A stretch of 64,000 nucleotides of DNA from Candidatus Pacearchaeota archaeon. GTDB taxonomy: Archaea > Nanobdellota > Nanobdellia > Pacearchaeales > GW2011-AR1. A program made the position numbers and the translations under genes. The DNA lies in the NCBI GenBank assembly GCA_041649755.1, contig JBAZMK010000001.1, positions 66,826-130,825 of the forward strand, read 5' to 3'. The notes beneath the pieces were generated by a model, which searched no databases, was not told the origin of the DNA, and saw only the letters and a program-made list of their open reading frames with translations. The first letter of the stretch is position 1. Each line of letters begins with the position of its first letter. Shown piece by piece: positions 19,293 to 28,393 of this stretch.

Positions 19293-20440
19293 TGGTAAAA
19301 GAAATTTATTTGGATAATGCATCTACTACAAAAGTTTTGCCAGATGTAGCGAAGGGAGTTTTAGATGTTCTGACAAAAAATTACGGAAATGCTTCATCAC
19401 TTCATAAAAAGGGTGAGAAAGCAAGGGATATTACTGAAATGACCCGGGAGAAGGTTGCTAAGTTTATTAAAGCGAAGCCTTCTGAGATTATATTTACTTC
19501 AGGGGGGACAGAAAGTAATAACCTTGCGATAAGGGGCCTTGCAAAAGCCAATCCTAAGAAGAAGCATATTATTACTTCTGTAATTGAACATCCTTCAGTT
19601 TTAGAGACTTGCAAAGACCTTGAAGAAGAAGGTTACAATGTTGATTATGTAAAAGTAGACAAAGAAGGAATTGTTGATTTGAAAGACCTGAAAGATAAAA
19701 TTAATGACGACACATTGGTTGTTTCTGTTATGCATGTAAATAATGAAATCGGAACTATCCAACCGATTGAAGAAATTGGTCAAATTTGCAGAGAGAGAAA
19801 AGTTTATTTTCATACAGACGCCGTTCAATCATTTAAAAAATTGGAGATTGACGTTTCTGGAATGAATGTGGATTTGATGTCAGTTTCAGGACATAAGTTT
19901 GGTGCTCCAAAAGGAATTGGTTTTTTATATGTAAAGCAAGGAACGAACATCAAAGGGATTTTAACTGGTGGAGGACAGGAAAAAGGTTTAAGAAGCGGGA
20001 CTGAAAATACTTCTGGAATTGTGGGTTTAGCTGTTGCTTTAGATTTTGATTTTAATAGAGCAGAAATAAGAAAATTAAGAGATAAAATGATTGAGGAAAT
20101 TTTAAAAATTGGGGGAGTGAGAATTAATGGCTCTGTTGAAAAAAGGGTTCACAATAATATTAATGTTTCATTTTTTGGAATAGAGGGTGAGAGTCTTATG
20201 TTATTGCTTAATGAAAAGGGGATATTTGTTTCAACGGGTTCCGCTTGTGCATCCAGTAAACTACGGGAAAGTTATGTTCTGAAGGCTATAGGTGTTGATG
20301 AGATGTATATTAATGGGAGCATTCGGATTACACTGGGGGAGATTACTGAAAAAGACGCCGAAGATGTGGTCAAATGTATAAAAGAGAGTGTAGAAAGATT
20401 AAAAAAAATTAGTCCATTTAAATTTAAGGAGGAAATATGA
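19292..20440 (+). CDS. iscS: Cysteine desulfurase (IscS/NifS)
   Basis: IYLDNASTT, GNASSLH, HTDAVQ, SGHKFGAPKG, STGSAC. Confidence 0.95.
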   Translation: MVKEIYLDNASTTKVLPDVAKGVLDVLTKNYGNASSLHKKGEKARDITEMTREKVAKFIKAKPSEIIFTSGGTESNNLAIRGLAKANPKKKHIITSVIEHPSVLETCKDLEEEGYNVDYVKVDKEGIVDLKDLKDKINDDTLVVSVMHVNNEIGTIQPIEEIGQICRERKVYFHTDAVQSFKKLEIDVSGMNVDLMSVSGHKFGAPKGIGFLYVKQGTNIKGILTGGGQEKGLRSGTENTSGIVGLAVALDFDFNRAEIRKLRDKMIEEILKIGGVRINGSVEKRVHNNINVSFFGIEGESLMLLLNEKGIFVSTGSACASSKLRESYVLKAIGVDEMYINGSIRITLGEITEKDAEDVVKCIKESVERLKKISPFKFKEEI

Positions 20441-20631
20441 AGAAGATAACTAAAGAAATGACTTTTGCCGAATTAATTGAAATCAACCCCAAGGCAGCAC
20501 AAGAACTTGCGAGGCGCGGTTTATTTTGTGGAGGCTGTCCAATGGCTCAGTTTGAAACGATTGAAGAAGGAGCGACAATGCATGGGGTTGACGTTGAAAA
20601 ATTAATTAAAGAGCTGAATAAGGGGAAATGA
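20437..20631 (+). CDS. DUF1858-type small protein
   Basis: ITKEMT..E....P......GLFCGGCPMAQFETIEEGA..HG.D. Confidence 0.85.
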   Translation: MKKITKEMTFAELIEINPKAAQELARRGLFCGGCPMAQFETIEEGATMHGVDVEKLIKELNKGK

Positions 20632-21278
20632 AAATAACTTCAAATCCTAAGAGAAAAAATATCTTAGACACAATACATTTTGCGGGTAAAGAGATCTTAA
20701 TAAGGAATTTAAGAGGGAAGAAAGATGTCTTCAATCAAATTAAGAAAATTCACCTAGACAATAAAGATAGGCTAAAGGAAACAAAATCTAAATGTGAAGG
20801 AATCTTAAAAGAAAAAGAGAAAAAATTTCTTAATGAACTAAAAACGATTTTTGAAGTTGATTTAAATAATGATAAAATAGTTAATATCAATGCTTTTTTT
20901 GATTACAATATAGCAAATGTAATTGATGGTAAAAATATTTTTATAAATATATGGAGTAAAGATTGGCTGAACTATTTTTTATTTCATGAACTTGTGCATC
21001 TATATTATATTGATGCCTTAGAGAATCTAAAATTTAAAGAGATTAATGAGGCTGTAAAATCTCCTTTAATGGAGGGGATTGATCATTTAATTTTATTTAA
21101 AACCCCGATAAAAAAATTGTTTTTGACCCCAAACTATGAAGATGTTGGCTTTGTCGTAAAAAACAAAAAATTTATGGATGAGTTAGAAGAAAAATGGATT
21201 AATGGACATAGTTTTAACTCTTTCTTGAAAAAAGCCGTTAAAATTCAAAGAAAAACAAAAGGAGTTATAATTTGTTAG
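20628..21278 (+). CDS. Hypothetical protein with HExxH motif
   Basis: FLFHELVHLYY; tightly packed within the isc operon. Confidence 0.6.
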   Translation: MKITSNPKRKNILDTIHFAGKEILIRNLRGKKDVFNQIKKIHLDNKDRLKETKSKCEGILKEKEKKFLNELKTIFEVDLNNDKIVNINAFFDYNIANVIDGKNIFINIWSKDWLNYFLFHELVHLYYIDALENLKFKEINEAVKSPLMEGIDHLILFKTPIKKLFLTPNYEDVGFVVKNKKFMDELEEKWINGHSFNSFLKKAVKIQRKTKGVIIC

Positions 21279-21279
21279 T

Positions 21280-21657
21280 ATGAAAAACAATGTTTCTTAT
21301 AACGAAAAAGTTCTTGACTATTTCAAAAATCCAAGAAATATGGGTGAGATGAAAGACGCTGATGCAGAGGGGATAGTTGGAAACCCAACCTGTGGCGATG
21401 TGATGAAAATTATGATAAAAATAGAGGGAGATAAAATTAAAGACATTACTTTCCAAACTTTTGGTTGCGCGGCAGCGATTGCGTCTTCTTCTGCTTTGAC
21501 AGAAATTGTTAAGGGTAAGAGTTTAAAGGAAGCGAAGAAGATAACTAACGAAGACGTTGCAAAATATTTAGGACAACTCCCGCCGATAAAAATCCATTGC
21601 TCAAATCTTGCAGCTGACGCGTTAAGGAAAGCAATTGAGAATTGGGAGAAGAAATAA
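21280..21657 (+). CDS. iscU: Fe-S cluster scaffold IscU/NifU-N
   Basis: NPRNMG, GNPTCGDVM, TFGCAAAIASSS, KIHCSNLA. Confidence 0.96.
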   Translation: MKNNVSYNEKVLDYFKNPRNMGEMKDADAEGIVGNPTCGDVMKIMIKIEGDKIKDITFQTFGCAAAIASSSALTEIVKGKSLKEAKKITNEDVAKYLGQLPPIKIHCSNLAADALRKAIENWEKK

Positions 21658-21728
21658 ATTTTAAAAAAGTAATGAACCTTTCCTCCCTTTTGAAAGGTTC
21701 ATTGAGTATGATTAAATTAATAAATTAT

Positions 21729-21884
21729 TTATCTTTTTTTCTTTTTAGTGGTTTTCTTAGCGGACTTTTTCTTCTTCCTTCCACCTCGAGCCATCACAGC
21801 TTCACAAACATTGCCTGCCCCATCAACGTAGTAAAGGTGTCCAGGCTTTCTTGTGATAACCTTTTTAACAACAATTTTTCCCAT
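21729..21884 (-). CDS. Small, very basic protein, 51 aa (missed by ORF track)
   Basis: MGKIVVKKVITRKPGHLYYVDGAGNVCEAVMARGGRKKKKSAKKTTKKKKR; GGAGGT SD upstream. Confidence 0.8.
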   Translation of the reverse strand: MGKIVVKKVITRKPGHLYYVDGAGNVCEAVMARGGRKKKKSAKKTTKKKKR

Positions 21885-21968
21885 TTTAACCTCCTTTTTC
21901 AATCAATAATGATTAATTAAGTCTCAATTTATATTTAAATGTTTCTATTGTCGTCGTCCTTTTCTCGT

Positions 21969-22262
21969 TCAATGCAAGATCTCCAATAAATATTTCCCTT
22001 TTCCGGAGATATTTAATTTCCAGTTCTTAACGTCAACAAACTTTGTCGCAACAAAATTATCGTCAAGCCAGACTGCCTTGAAAGGTTTGCAGAAAAAAGA
22101 GTGAATAGAAATTTTCTTTTCTCGGTTAAATACAAATAATAGTGGCGGACTTCTACGACGGAACATCAATCCAAGAAATTTTTGAGGAATTGTTTTTAAG
22201 ACTTTCGCGTTTACCGAATGTTTCTTTCCTTTAAACCTATAATTGATATTCTTTAAAACCAT
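21969..22262 (-). CDS. DUF192 family protein
   Basis: KFLGLMFR...LLFVF....SIHSFF...WLD...YLLE. Confidence 0.75.
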   Translation of the reverse strand: MVLKNINYRFKGKKHSVNAKVLKTIPQKFLGLMFRRRSPPLLFVFNREKKISIHSFFCKPFKAVWLDDNFVATKFVDVKNWKLNISGKGKYLLEILH

Positions 22263-22648
22263 CCCTTTTCCTCTTTTTTCCTTATAAATTTTTGATAGAC
22301 GTTTTCAACGGAACTTTCGTGAACTTTATCGTGATGAATAAAACCCCCACCGAAAGATTTTGGAATGTGCATTAATTCATGAATCACTACTTTTACTTTT
22401 TCATTATAGGGGAGTTTGTCAAATCTCTCTGAGATTACTTCAATAAGGTAAAATCCTTTTTTTCTTCCCATCCCAATTTGCATCGCTTTTCCAAGGGCAT
22501 GACATCTTGCGATTGTCCTCCTTGCTGAAGAGCCACGACTCCTAAGAAAAGCTACGTGCTCAAGAAAAATGTGGTCCCAATCTAAGTTGTAGATAATTTC
22601 CTCTGCGATTTTTTTTATGTCAGGTGCTTGTTCGTATTTAATTGGCAT
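22253..22648 (-). CDS. Putative metallopeptidase (HExxH)
   Basis: RSRGS..RTIARC, YLIEVISERF, VIHELMHIPKSFGG. Confidence 0.8.
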   Translation of the reverse strand: MPIKYEQAPDIKKIAEEIIYNLDWDHIFLEHVAFLRSRGSSARRTIARCHALGKAMQIGMGRKKGFYLIEVISERFDKLPYNEKVKVVIHELMHIPKSFGGGFIHHDKVHESSVENVYQKFIRKKEEKGWF

Positions 22649-22856
22649 TTTTTACTTCTATGAGTTTATTCTTGGAATTCCGACCTTTCAATAATTTTAT
22701 TTCTGAATTAAAATATTTTTTTAAAAGCCTTAAGAGCTCAATGTTTGCTTTATTGTCTTCTGCTGGTTTTTTTAAAAACACTTTATATTCACTCTCTGAA
22801 ATTTTATGGATTTCTTGTTTTTTTGAATTTGGTCTCACCTTTATTTCAATTTTCAT
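22638..22856 (-). CDS. DUF167 (YggU-like) protein
   Basis: IKVRPNSK...PAEDNKAN.EL...L..YF...KGRNSKNK. Confidence 0.88.
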   Translation of the reverse strand: MKIEIKVRPNSKKQEIHKISESEYKVFLKKPAEDNKANIELLRLLKKYFNSEIKLLKGRNSKNKLIEVKNAN

Positions 22857-22857
22857 C

Positions 22858-24039
22858 TTATCTAGTGATTATTTCTATTCCATCACGATGTTTTAATGGG
22901 TGGTCTTTGCCTACTGGTTGTTTTGTTCTAACGTCAATCGCTTTGACGAATTTGTCTCCGATATCTGTGTGGAGTTTGTACGCGAAATCTAAAGCGGTTG
23001 AGCCTTTTGGAAGTAAAAAGCAATCTGGTAAAATATTACCTTTACTATCTGCGAGTTTTGCTCCCGCAGGAAAAACCGCAATGTAATTTAGTAATTCAAA
23101 AACTGATTTATCTAAAATCTCTTGAACGCCTGTTGAACCATAAATATCTAAAACATTTTTTTTAATCATCTTCAAGGCTTCTTTCTGTTTTTCATTTACT
23201 CTTTCTTCATTAATTTTAAACGATGAATCGCCTTGAGTATATTCTATCACCCCAGCTTTTGAAGCCTGACGCAATGAGAGTTCAGAGTCCGCTGAACAGG
23301 GGATTATCAATGCAGAAGGAAATTTTGTTTTTAATTCTTGAAGATTTTCTTTCGCATTTTCCTTATCTACTTTATTCGCTGCTATTATCATCGGCTTTGT
23401 CATTTGCCTTATTGTCTTTGTAAAGTTCATTAAGTCCTCTTCTTCCCAGCTTTCTGGATTTTCCCCATTTAATTTTAATTTTATTAAAACTGCTTTTATG
23501 TCGTCTTCTGAAACTTTTAATCCGGAAAATTGTTTTGCAACTACTTTTGCGAAATTTTGTTTGGTTGATTGAATTGAACGAGAAAGCCTATCCCAAACTT
23601 TTTGGAATATTCCCATATACCATTTGTCCAGTTCGCTTTCAAGCATTAAGACATCTTCTATCGGGTCGCCCGTCCCTTCCTTTCCTTCCTTGTCTGTCGT
23701 TCCTGAGATGTCTACTATATGGATAAACGCGTCTGCCTGTCGCAAGTCATCTAAAAATTGGTTTCCAAGACCTTTGCCTTCACTTGCACCTTCCACTAAA
23801 CCTGCAACATCCATTAATTCAACAGGAACAAAGCGGGTTTCGCCGTTGCAAAATCCAGTTCTTGGGTTACATCTTACACCTAGCTCTTTACAAAGTGCCT
23901 TAACTCTAACATAACCAATTCCGTGATTTGGTTTTATAGTTGCGAAAGGGTATGACGCAATAAGAACATCTGCTAGAGTCGTCGCTTTAAAAAAAGTTGA
24001 CTTTCCACATGAAGGTTTTCCAACAAGACCGATTAACAT
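22858..24039 (-). CDS. ychF: Obg-family translation-associated NTPase (archaeal YchF-like) with TGS domain
   Basis: GKPSCGKST, YPFATIKPN, DVAGLV.GA..G.GLGNQFL, ANKVD, LHTDIG. Confidence 0.9.
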   Translation of the reverse strand: MLIGLVGKPSCGKSTFFKATTLADVLIASYPFATIKPNHGIGYVRVKALCKELGVRCNPRTGFCNGETRFVPVELMDVAGLVEGASEGKGLGNQFLDDLRQADAFIHIVDISGTTDKEGKEGTGDPIEDVLMLESELDKWYMGIFQKVWDRLSRSIQSTKQNFAKVVAKQFSGLKVSEDDIKAVLIKLKLNGENPESWEEEDLMNFTKTIRQMTKPMIIAANKVDKENAKENLQELKTKFPSALIIPCSADSELSLRQASKAGVIEYTQGDSSFKINEERVNEKQKEALKMIKKNVLDIYGSTGVQEILDKSVFELLNYIAVFPAGAKLADSKGNILPDCFLLPKGSTALDFAYKLHTDIGDKFVKAIDVRTKQPVGKDHPLKHRDGIEIITR

Positions 24040-24076
24040 AAATTAGAAAGAAATAACAAGGTTAAAAAGATTTGTG

Positions 24077-24605
24077 TTAAAGTTCAAGTTCTTTGAAGAT
24101 TAGACCTTTTGTAAACTTAAATTTCCCTGTAACTAATTCATTTACTATCTTTTCTTTAAGGGGCTTAAATCCCAGTTTATTATAAATTTCGTTTGCTCTT
24201 TTTTCGTTTGGATCTTTAGAAGTATACAACCTAAGCCATTTTTTATTATCCATCTTAGATAGATTAATAATAAATCCTAATAAATCTCTACCAATTCCCT
24301 CCCCCCTAAAAGAAGGATTAACGCAATACCAACCCAGCCAATAAGCTTCTTTTTCATCATATTTTAAACTATAAAGACCTGTGACTCCAATAACTTTTCC
24401 TTTAGAATCAATGCCGTCCAATATTTAGTAATCACTAAATCAAACCGAGCATATAAAGACTTGTACTTTTCTGGATGTAAACTTGCTTTTAACCACTTCG
24501 GAGGGTAATCCTCATCGGAGGATTTAACACTAAAAACATTAACTAATAATTTCGATGCATCTCTTAAATTTTTTCGGATAAAGGAATAATTCTTATATTT
24601 TCCAT
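24077..24605 (-). pseudogene. GNAT acetyltransferase interrupted by two single-base frameshifts
   Basis: C-terminal half has motif A (VNPSFRGEGIG). Adding one A at 24569-24574 and one at ~24411 restores a single ORF from ATG 24605. Confidence 0.7.
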
Positions 24606-24639
24606 CACTTTATAATTAGTAAAAGGTTTTTAGGGTTTA

Positions 24640-24963
24640 CTATATCGCTAAATAAAGAAACTTGGGACCTCCCCAAGTGTGAGGGGAATCCTGTGACCTT
24701 TTAACTGAAGTCAAAACTTTTTTACCTTTTACCATCGCGTCTATTATCCGAATTACCTCCCCTGACAAGCCATTATCTCCTAAAGAACCAATTATATGAT
24801 TATATAAGGCATAATAGGAAACCCAGTTATGTCCATCAAACCCTGCACGCCCAAGAGAAGGGTCAGGAGAATGTATATCATTAAAATCAGGTCTTTCTAA
24901 ATAGTCAATAACCACTTTTTCAATATCAGAATCACTTACAGTTCTACTTCCTGAAGGCTCCAT
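24640..24963 (-). CDS. Hypothetical protein
   Basis: 107-aa ORF; no recognised family. Confidence 0.5.
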   Translation of the reverse strand: MEPSGSRTVSDSDIEKVVIDYLERPDFNDIHSPDPSLGRAGFDGHNWVSYYALYNHIIGSLGDNGLSGEVIRIIDAMVKGKKVLTSVKRSQDSPHTWGGPKFLYLAI

Positions 24964-25014
24964 ATAGTTAGATAGTTAGGATATTTTTAAGTATTTGTGT
25001 GCTTAATAAGTAAT

Positions 25015-25022
25015 TTTATAAA
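25015..25022 (+). promoter_or_regulatory. Archaeal TATA box of the tRNA gene
   Basis: TTTATAAA ending 24 nt before the tRNA 5' end. Confidence 0.7.
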
Positions 25023-25045
25023 CAATAATTTTGTAGGGTTTAGGT

Positions 25046-25162
25046 GAGCCCGTAGCTCAGCCAGGTAGAGCACTGCTCTTATATGACTGCGATTCAATGA
25101 ATTGTAGATTTTCTTCAGTCGAAGGAAGGCAGGGGTCCTGGGTTCAAATCCCAGCGGGCTCA
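25046..25162 (+). tRNA. tRNA-Ile (anticodon UAU) with a 43-nt intron at position 37/38 (25084-25126); CCA not encoded
   Basis: Acceptor GAGCCCG/CGGGCTC+A73; D arm GCTC/GAGC; anticodon stem CTGCT/GGCAG with loop CT-TAT-A^A; T arm CTGGG-TTCAAAT-CCCAG; intron helix GACTG/CAGTC forms a relaxed BHB. Confidence 0.88.
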
Positions 25163-25191
25163 TTCAGTCCTCCTGCCTGGCAGGAGTCCAG

Positions 25192-25266
25192 CTCACAATC
25201 ATGTCTTGCTTAAAATAGTTTAAATACAAGAGAACGCAAGACCAAATTGTTCTACTCACAATCATG
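25192..25266. repeat. 12-bp direct repeat CTCACAATCATG (25192-25203 and 25255-25266)
   Basis: Exact match seen in the tRNA-rpl15e intergenic region. Confidence 0.8.
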
Positions 25267-25328
25267 CCTCAAGAGGGCTCGTCTTTCTTAACCCCAATAT
25301 TTAAAAACCAATTTTCAATGATTATTTG

Positions 25329-25895
25329 ATGGGGACTACAAAGTACTTAAGAGAAGCTTGGAAAAAACCAGATGTAAAAGTCCTTAGAGAAAGGATGATT
25401 GAATGGAGAAAAGGCGAATCAGTTGTAAGAGTAGAAAAACCTCTAAGACTTGACAGAGCAAGAAATCTTGGTTACAAGGCAAAAAAAGGAGTAGTTATCG
25501 TTAGGATTAGGATTAAAAGAGGGGGGCACAAGAGAACTAGACCTTACAAAGCGAGAAGGACAAAAAGACTTCATATCAGAAAGAACCTTACTATGAATTA
25601 TAAAGAAATCGCAGAACAAAGAGTTGCGAGAAAATTCACAAATATGGAAGTTTTAAACTCCTATGTGGTTGGAAGAGATGGGATAAATTATTTTTACGAA
25701 GTGATTTTAGTTGACAGAAATGCTCCTGAAATAAAAACAGACAAGGAATTATCAAGATTTGTAAAATCACCAAAGAGAAGGGCTTTAAGAGGTCTTACAA
25801 GTGCAGGTAAAAAAGCAAGAGGGTTAAGAAACTCCCTAATTAAGTCACCAAAAGTTAGACCAAGTCTTAGAGCAAACAGAAGGCAAGGCAATTAG
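25329..25895 (+). CDS. rpl15e: Ribosomal protein L15e
   Basis: RLDRARNLGYKAKKG, NMEVLNSY, YEVILVD, RGLTSAGKKARGL. Confidence 0.96.
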   Translation: MGTTKYLREAWKKPDVKVLRERMIEWRKGESVVRVEKPLRLDRARNLGYKAKKGVVIVRIRIKRGGHKRTRPYKARRTKRLHIRKNLTMNYKEIAEQRVARKFTNMEVLNSYVVGRDGINYFYEVILVDRNAPEIKTDKELSRFVKSPKRRALRGLTSAGKKARGLRNSLIKSPKVRPSLRANRRQGN

Positions 25896-27745
25896 GAAGA
25901 AATTAATTTTTTCATGTCTTCATTAATAAAATAAGTCGGTTTTTTTCCTGAATAAGTCAAGTGCAGGCAATCTCTTGCTCGTGAAATTGCCACGTAAAAA
26001 AGTCTTTTTTCTTCTTCTTCGCGGTCATAATCGTTTGATTTTATTAATTCAATTGCAGGATTGTCGTTAGCCTTACAAGGAAAATTCTGGTCGTTGCAAC
26101 CCACTACAAAAACTTTTTTTGCTTGGAGACCTTTTATTGAATGAATTGTCGCGAGAAGAACACCTTCTAATGAAAATTCATTTGGTTCTTTCAATTCATC
26201 AGTCTTTATCGTATGAGGAATCTTTTTTTCAACCATAATTTTTGATAGTTCTATAACCTGTCTGTTTGTTCTTGCCAACACAAAAATATCAGTAGGAAGA
26301 AGATTAGAGTTTAATATTTCTTTTATAACATAATTCTTTTCTTCTTCTTCACTATCAAAACCTAAGAGAGTTATCTTCGGGCTTCCTTGTCTATGATTTT
26401 GTAAATCCGGAAGCCCCAAATCTTTTATAGAGTGATTCATAAATTCTACGATTTCTTTTAAGCTCCGGTAATTTTTTGAAAGGTGGATAACTTCTGAACG
26501 ACCAAAATCATCCTCAAAGTTTAAAATGTATTTTATGTCCGAACCGCGCCAGCCAAAAATTGCCTGACGAGGGTCCCCAACTGAAAAAAGATTTTCTGGA
26601 TTTAAAAGTTTAAGAAGTTTGACTTGCATAGCATTTACGTCCTGATATTCATCTACTAAAATATGCTCAAATTTTGGTATGAAAATTTTATTTTTCTCAA
26701 GGAAATTAATCGCATCGATTAATTGGTCTGTAAAATCTCTAAGCCCTTGTGTATCCATATAATCTTTTAAAAGTCTGCTTATTTGATAAACCATTTTAGC
26801 ATTTTGTTTATCTTTTTGTTCAGCTCCCTTAGAAAAATCATAATTCTCACCAGTTACTTTAAAGTATTCAATTACCGAAAAGCAATCATTCATAAAACTA
26901 CTTATAAGTTGATTTGGTGTTTTGAATTCTTTTTGTTTTTTTGAAAAATACTCGTTGACCGCTTCTTCCATATCAATACCAAGAGCTGATAAAGAAATAT
27001 TCATAGCCAAAATTTTGTCGGCATAAGTTATAACTCTTACAGGTTTTCCGTAAACATTATGTCCATATTTCCTTAGGATTTCTTCGCAAAATGAATTAAA
27101 TGTGTGAACATTTATTCCTTCAATGTTTATATTTTTTAATCTCTTCTCCATTTCTTTTTTTGCCTTTCTTGTAAAAGTTATAGCGAGGATTTTATTTGGG
27201 CTTATATTTTTATGTTTGACTAAAAACTCTATTCTTTTAATTAATACAGAAGTCTTCCCAGAACCCGCCCCGGCTACACAAAGAACCCTTTTAGATTGAG
27301 ATACTATTGCCTTTCTTTGTTCGTCGTTATATTTTTTTAGAAAACTACCAAAGCTTTTGAAATAATCTCTTTCTTCTTCGGTTACAAGGCTCTTACTAAA
27401 ATTTAGCTTATATTTCAATTTTTTATTTGTCAGAGTCTGGTGAACTATCTCGTTTTGACCTTTAATTGTTATTCTTAAAACTTTAACGAAACGATTATAG
27501 TCGCTGATTCTTTGTTCAATCATTCCATTTGCGATTAAATTATTTATCTCATTATGAACTTTTTCTTTTTCCCAGTTTAATGAGCCAAAATTTTGAAGTT
27601 CATCAAGACGATTTTTTGTGATAGAGGCATTCTTGTAATTCCCTACTAAGAAATCAACCAATAGATTTTTACCCACTGAAAAAGGAATCTCTATTAAGGC
27701 TTTTAAAATTTTTAGATATCCTAATGAATCCGTCTTTTTTTCCAT
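25892..27745 (-). CDS. UvrD/Rep-family SF1 helicase with N-terminal RQC-like winged-helix domain
   Basis: AGAGSGKT, ITFTRKA, DEYQD, VGDPRQAIFGWRGS, NYRS, TIHSIKGLQ, EEKRLFYVAISRA; N-terminus VGKNLLVDFLVG...FGSL. Confidence 0.9.
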   Translation of the reverse strand: MEKKTDSLGYLKILKALIEIPFSVGKNLLVDFLVGNYKNASITKNRLDELQNFGSLNWEKEKVHNEINNLIANGMIEQRISDYNRFVKVLRITIKGQNEIVHQTLTNKKLKYKLNFSKSLVTEEERDYFKSFGSFLKKYNDEQRKAIVSQSKRVLCVAGAGSGKTSVLIKRIEFLVKHKNISPNKILAITFTRKAKKEMEKRLKNINIEGINVHTFNSFCEEILRKYGHNVYGKPVRVITYADKILAMNISLSALGIDMEEAVNEYFSKKQKEFKTPNQLISSFMNDCFSVIEYFKVTGENYDFSKGAEQKDKQNAKMVYQISRLLKDYMDTQGLRDFTDQLIDAINFLEKNKIFIPKFEHILVDEYQDVNAMQVKLLKLLNPENLFSVGDPRQAIFGWRGSDIKYILNFEDDFGRSEVIHLSKNYRSLKEIVEFMNHSIKDLGLPDLQNHRQGSPKITLLGFDSEEEEKNYVIKEILNSNLLPTDIFVLARTNRQVIELSKIMVEKKIPHTIKTDELKEPNEFSLEGVLLATIHSIKGLQAKKVFVVGCNDQNFPCKANDNPAIELIKSNDYDREEEEKRLFYVAISRARDCLHLTYSGKKPTYFINEDMKKLISS

Positions 27746-27768
27746 TATAATAAATTTTCAGAAGGTTT

Positions 27769-28386
27769 TTAACTTTTGTGCAAGTCTTTTTGTATAATTA
27801 GGTTAATGTTTCTTTCTTCCCAAGATTTTAAAATTTTGAAGCCAATATTTTCTACAATCTCCTCCAGCTCTTTTTTATCATAAATATAAGTATACCTATT
27901 TATTTTGGTTTTTTCTTTAACTGTCCATGGAACAAAACATTCTTTCTCTTTTGACCTTAATCTCGGAGAGTTTTTACCCCAAACAGAAATCAAAGCCTGA
28001 CTTTTTGGTTTTAAAACACGATAAATTTCTTTGATTGTTTCTTCTCTTTTTTTGTCTGAGTCTACACAATGAAGAACGGCATAACAAAGAACATAATTAA
28101 AATAATTATCTTCGTAAGGTATTTTAACGGAGTCTGATTTTTTTAGTTCAATATTTATCCCCTTATTTTTTGCTGAGATTTTCGCGTAATCTAACATTTT
28201 TTTAGAAAAATCTATTCCAAACCATTTTAATCCCTTTATCTTAATAAAATTTCTGCCACTACCACACCCAATATCTAAAACCCTTCCTTTCTTTTCTCTG
28301 AGAAATTTTTCTACGGTGGGCGAAATTTTTGTTCTAAATTCTTTCCAATGCACAGCTATCTCGTTCCAGATTTCTTCTTGATTCAT
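27769..28386 (-). CDS. Class I SAM-dependent methyltransferase (Trm9/ALKBH8-like)
   Basis: VLDIGCGSGRN, AVLH, EIYRVLKP, ISVW, FVPW...RYTYIY...EL. Confidence 0.85.
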   Translation of the reverse strand: MNQEEIWNEIAVHWKEFRTKISPTVEKFLREKKGRVLDIGCGSGRNFIKIKGLKWFGIDFSKKMLDYAKISAKNKGINIELKKSDSVKIPYEDNYFNYVLCYAVLHCVDSDKKREETIKEIYRVLKPKSQALISVWGKNSPRLRSKEKECFVPWTVKEKTKINRYTYIYDKKELEEIVENIGFKILKSWEERNINLIIQKDLHKS

Positions 28387-28393
28387 AATTATT

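Noticed and set aside
21642..21920. 92-aa plus-strand ORF
   Set aside because: Antisense shadow of the 51-aa basic protein at 21729-21884, which has an SD and a coherent sequence.
25192..25266. Mini CRISPR array
   Set aside because: Only two 12-bp copies, and no cas genes in the window.
24640..25300. Integrated element at the tRNA
   Set aside because: No integrase, and I saw no duplicated tRNA 3' end elsewhere in the window; rpl15e follows directly.
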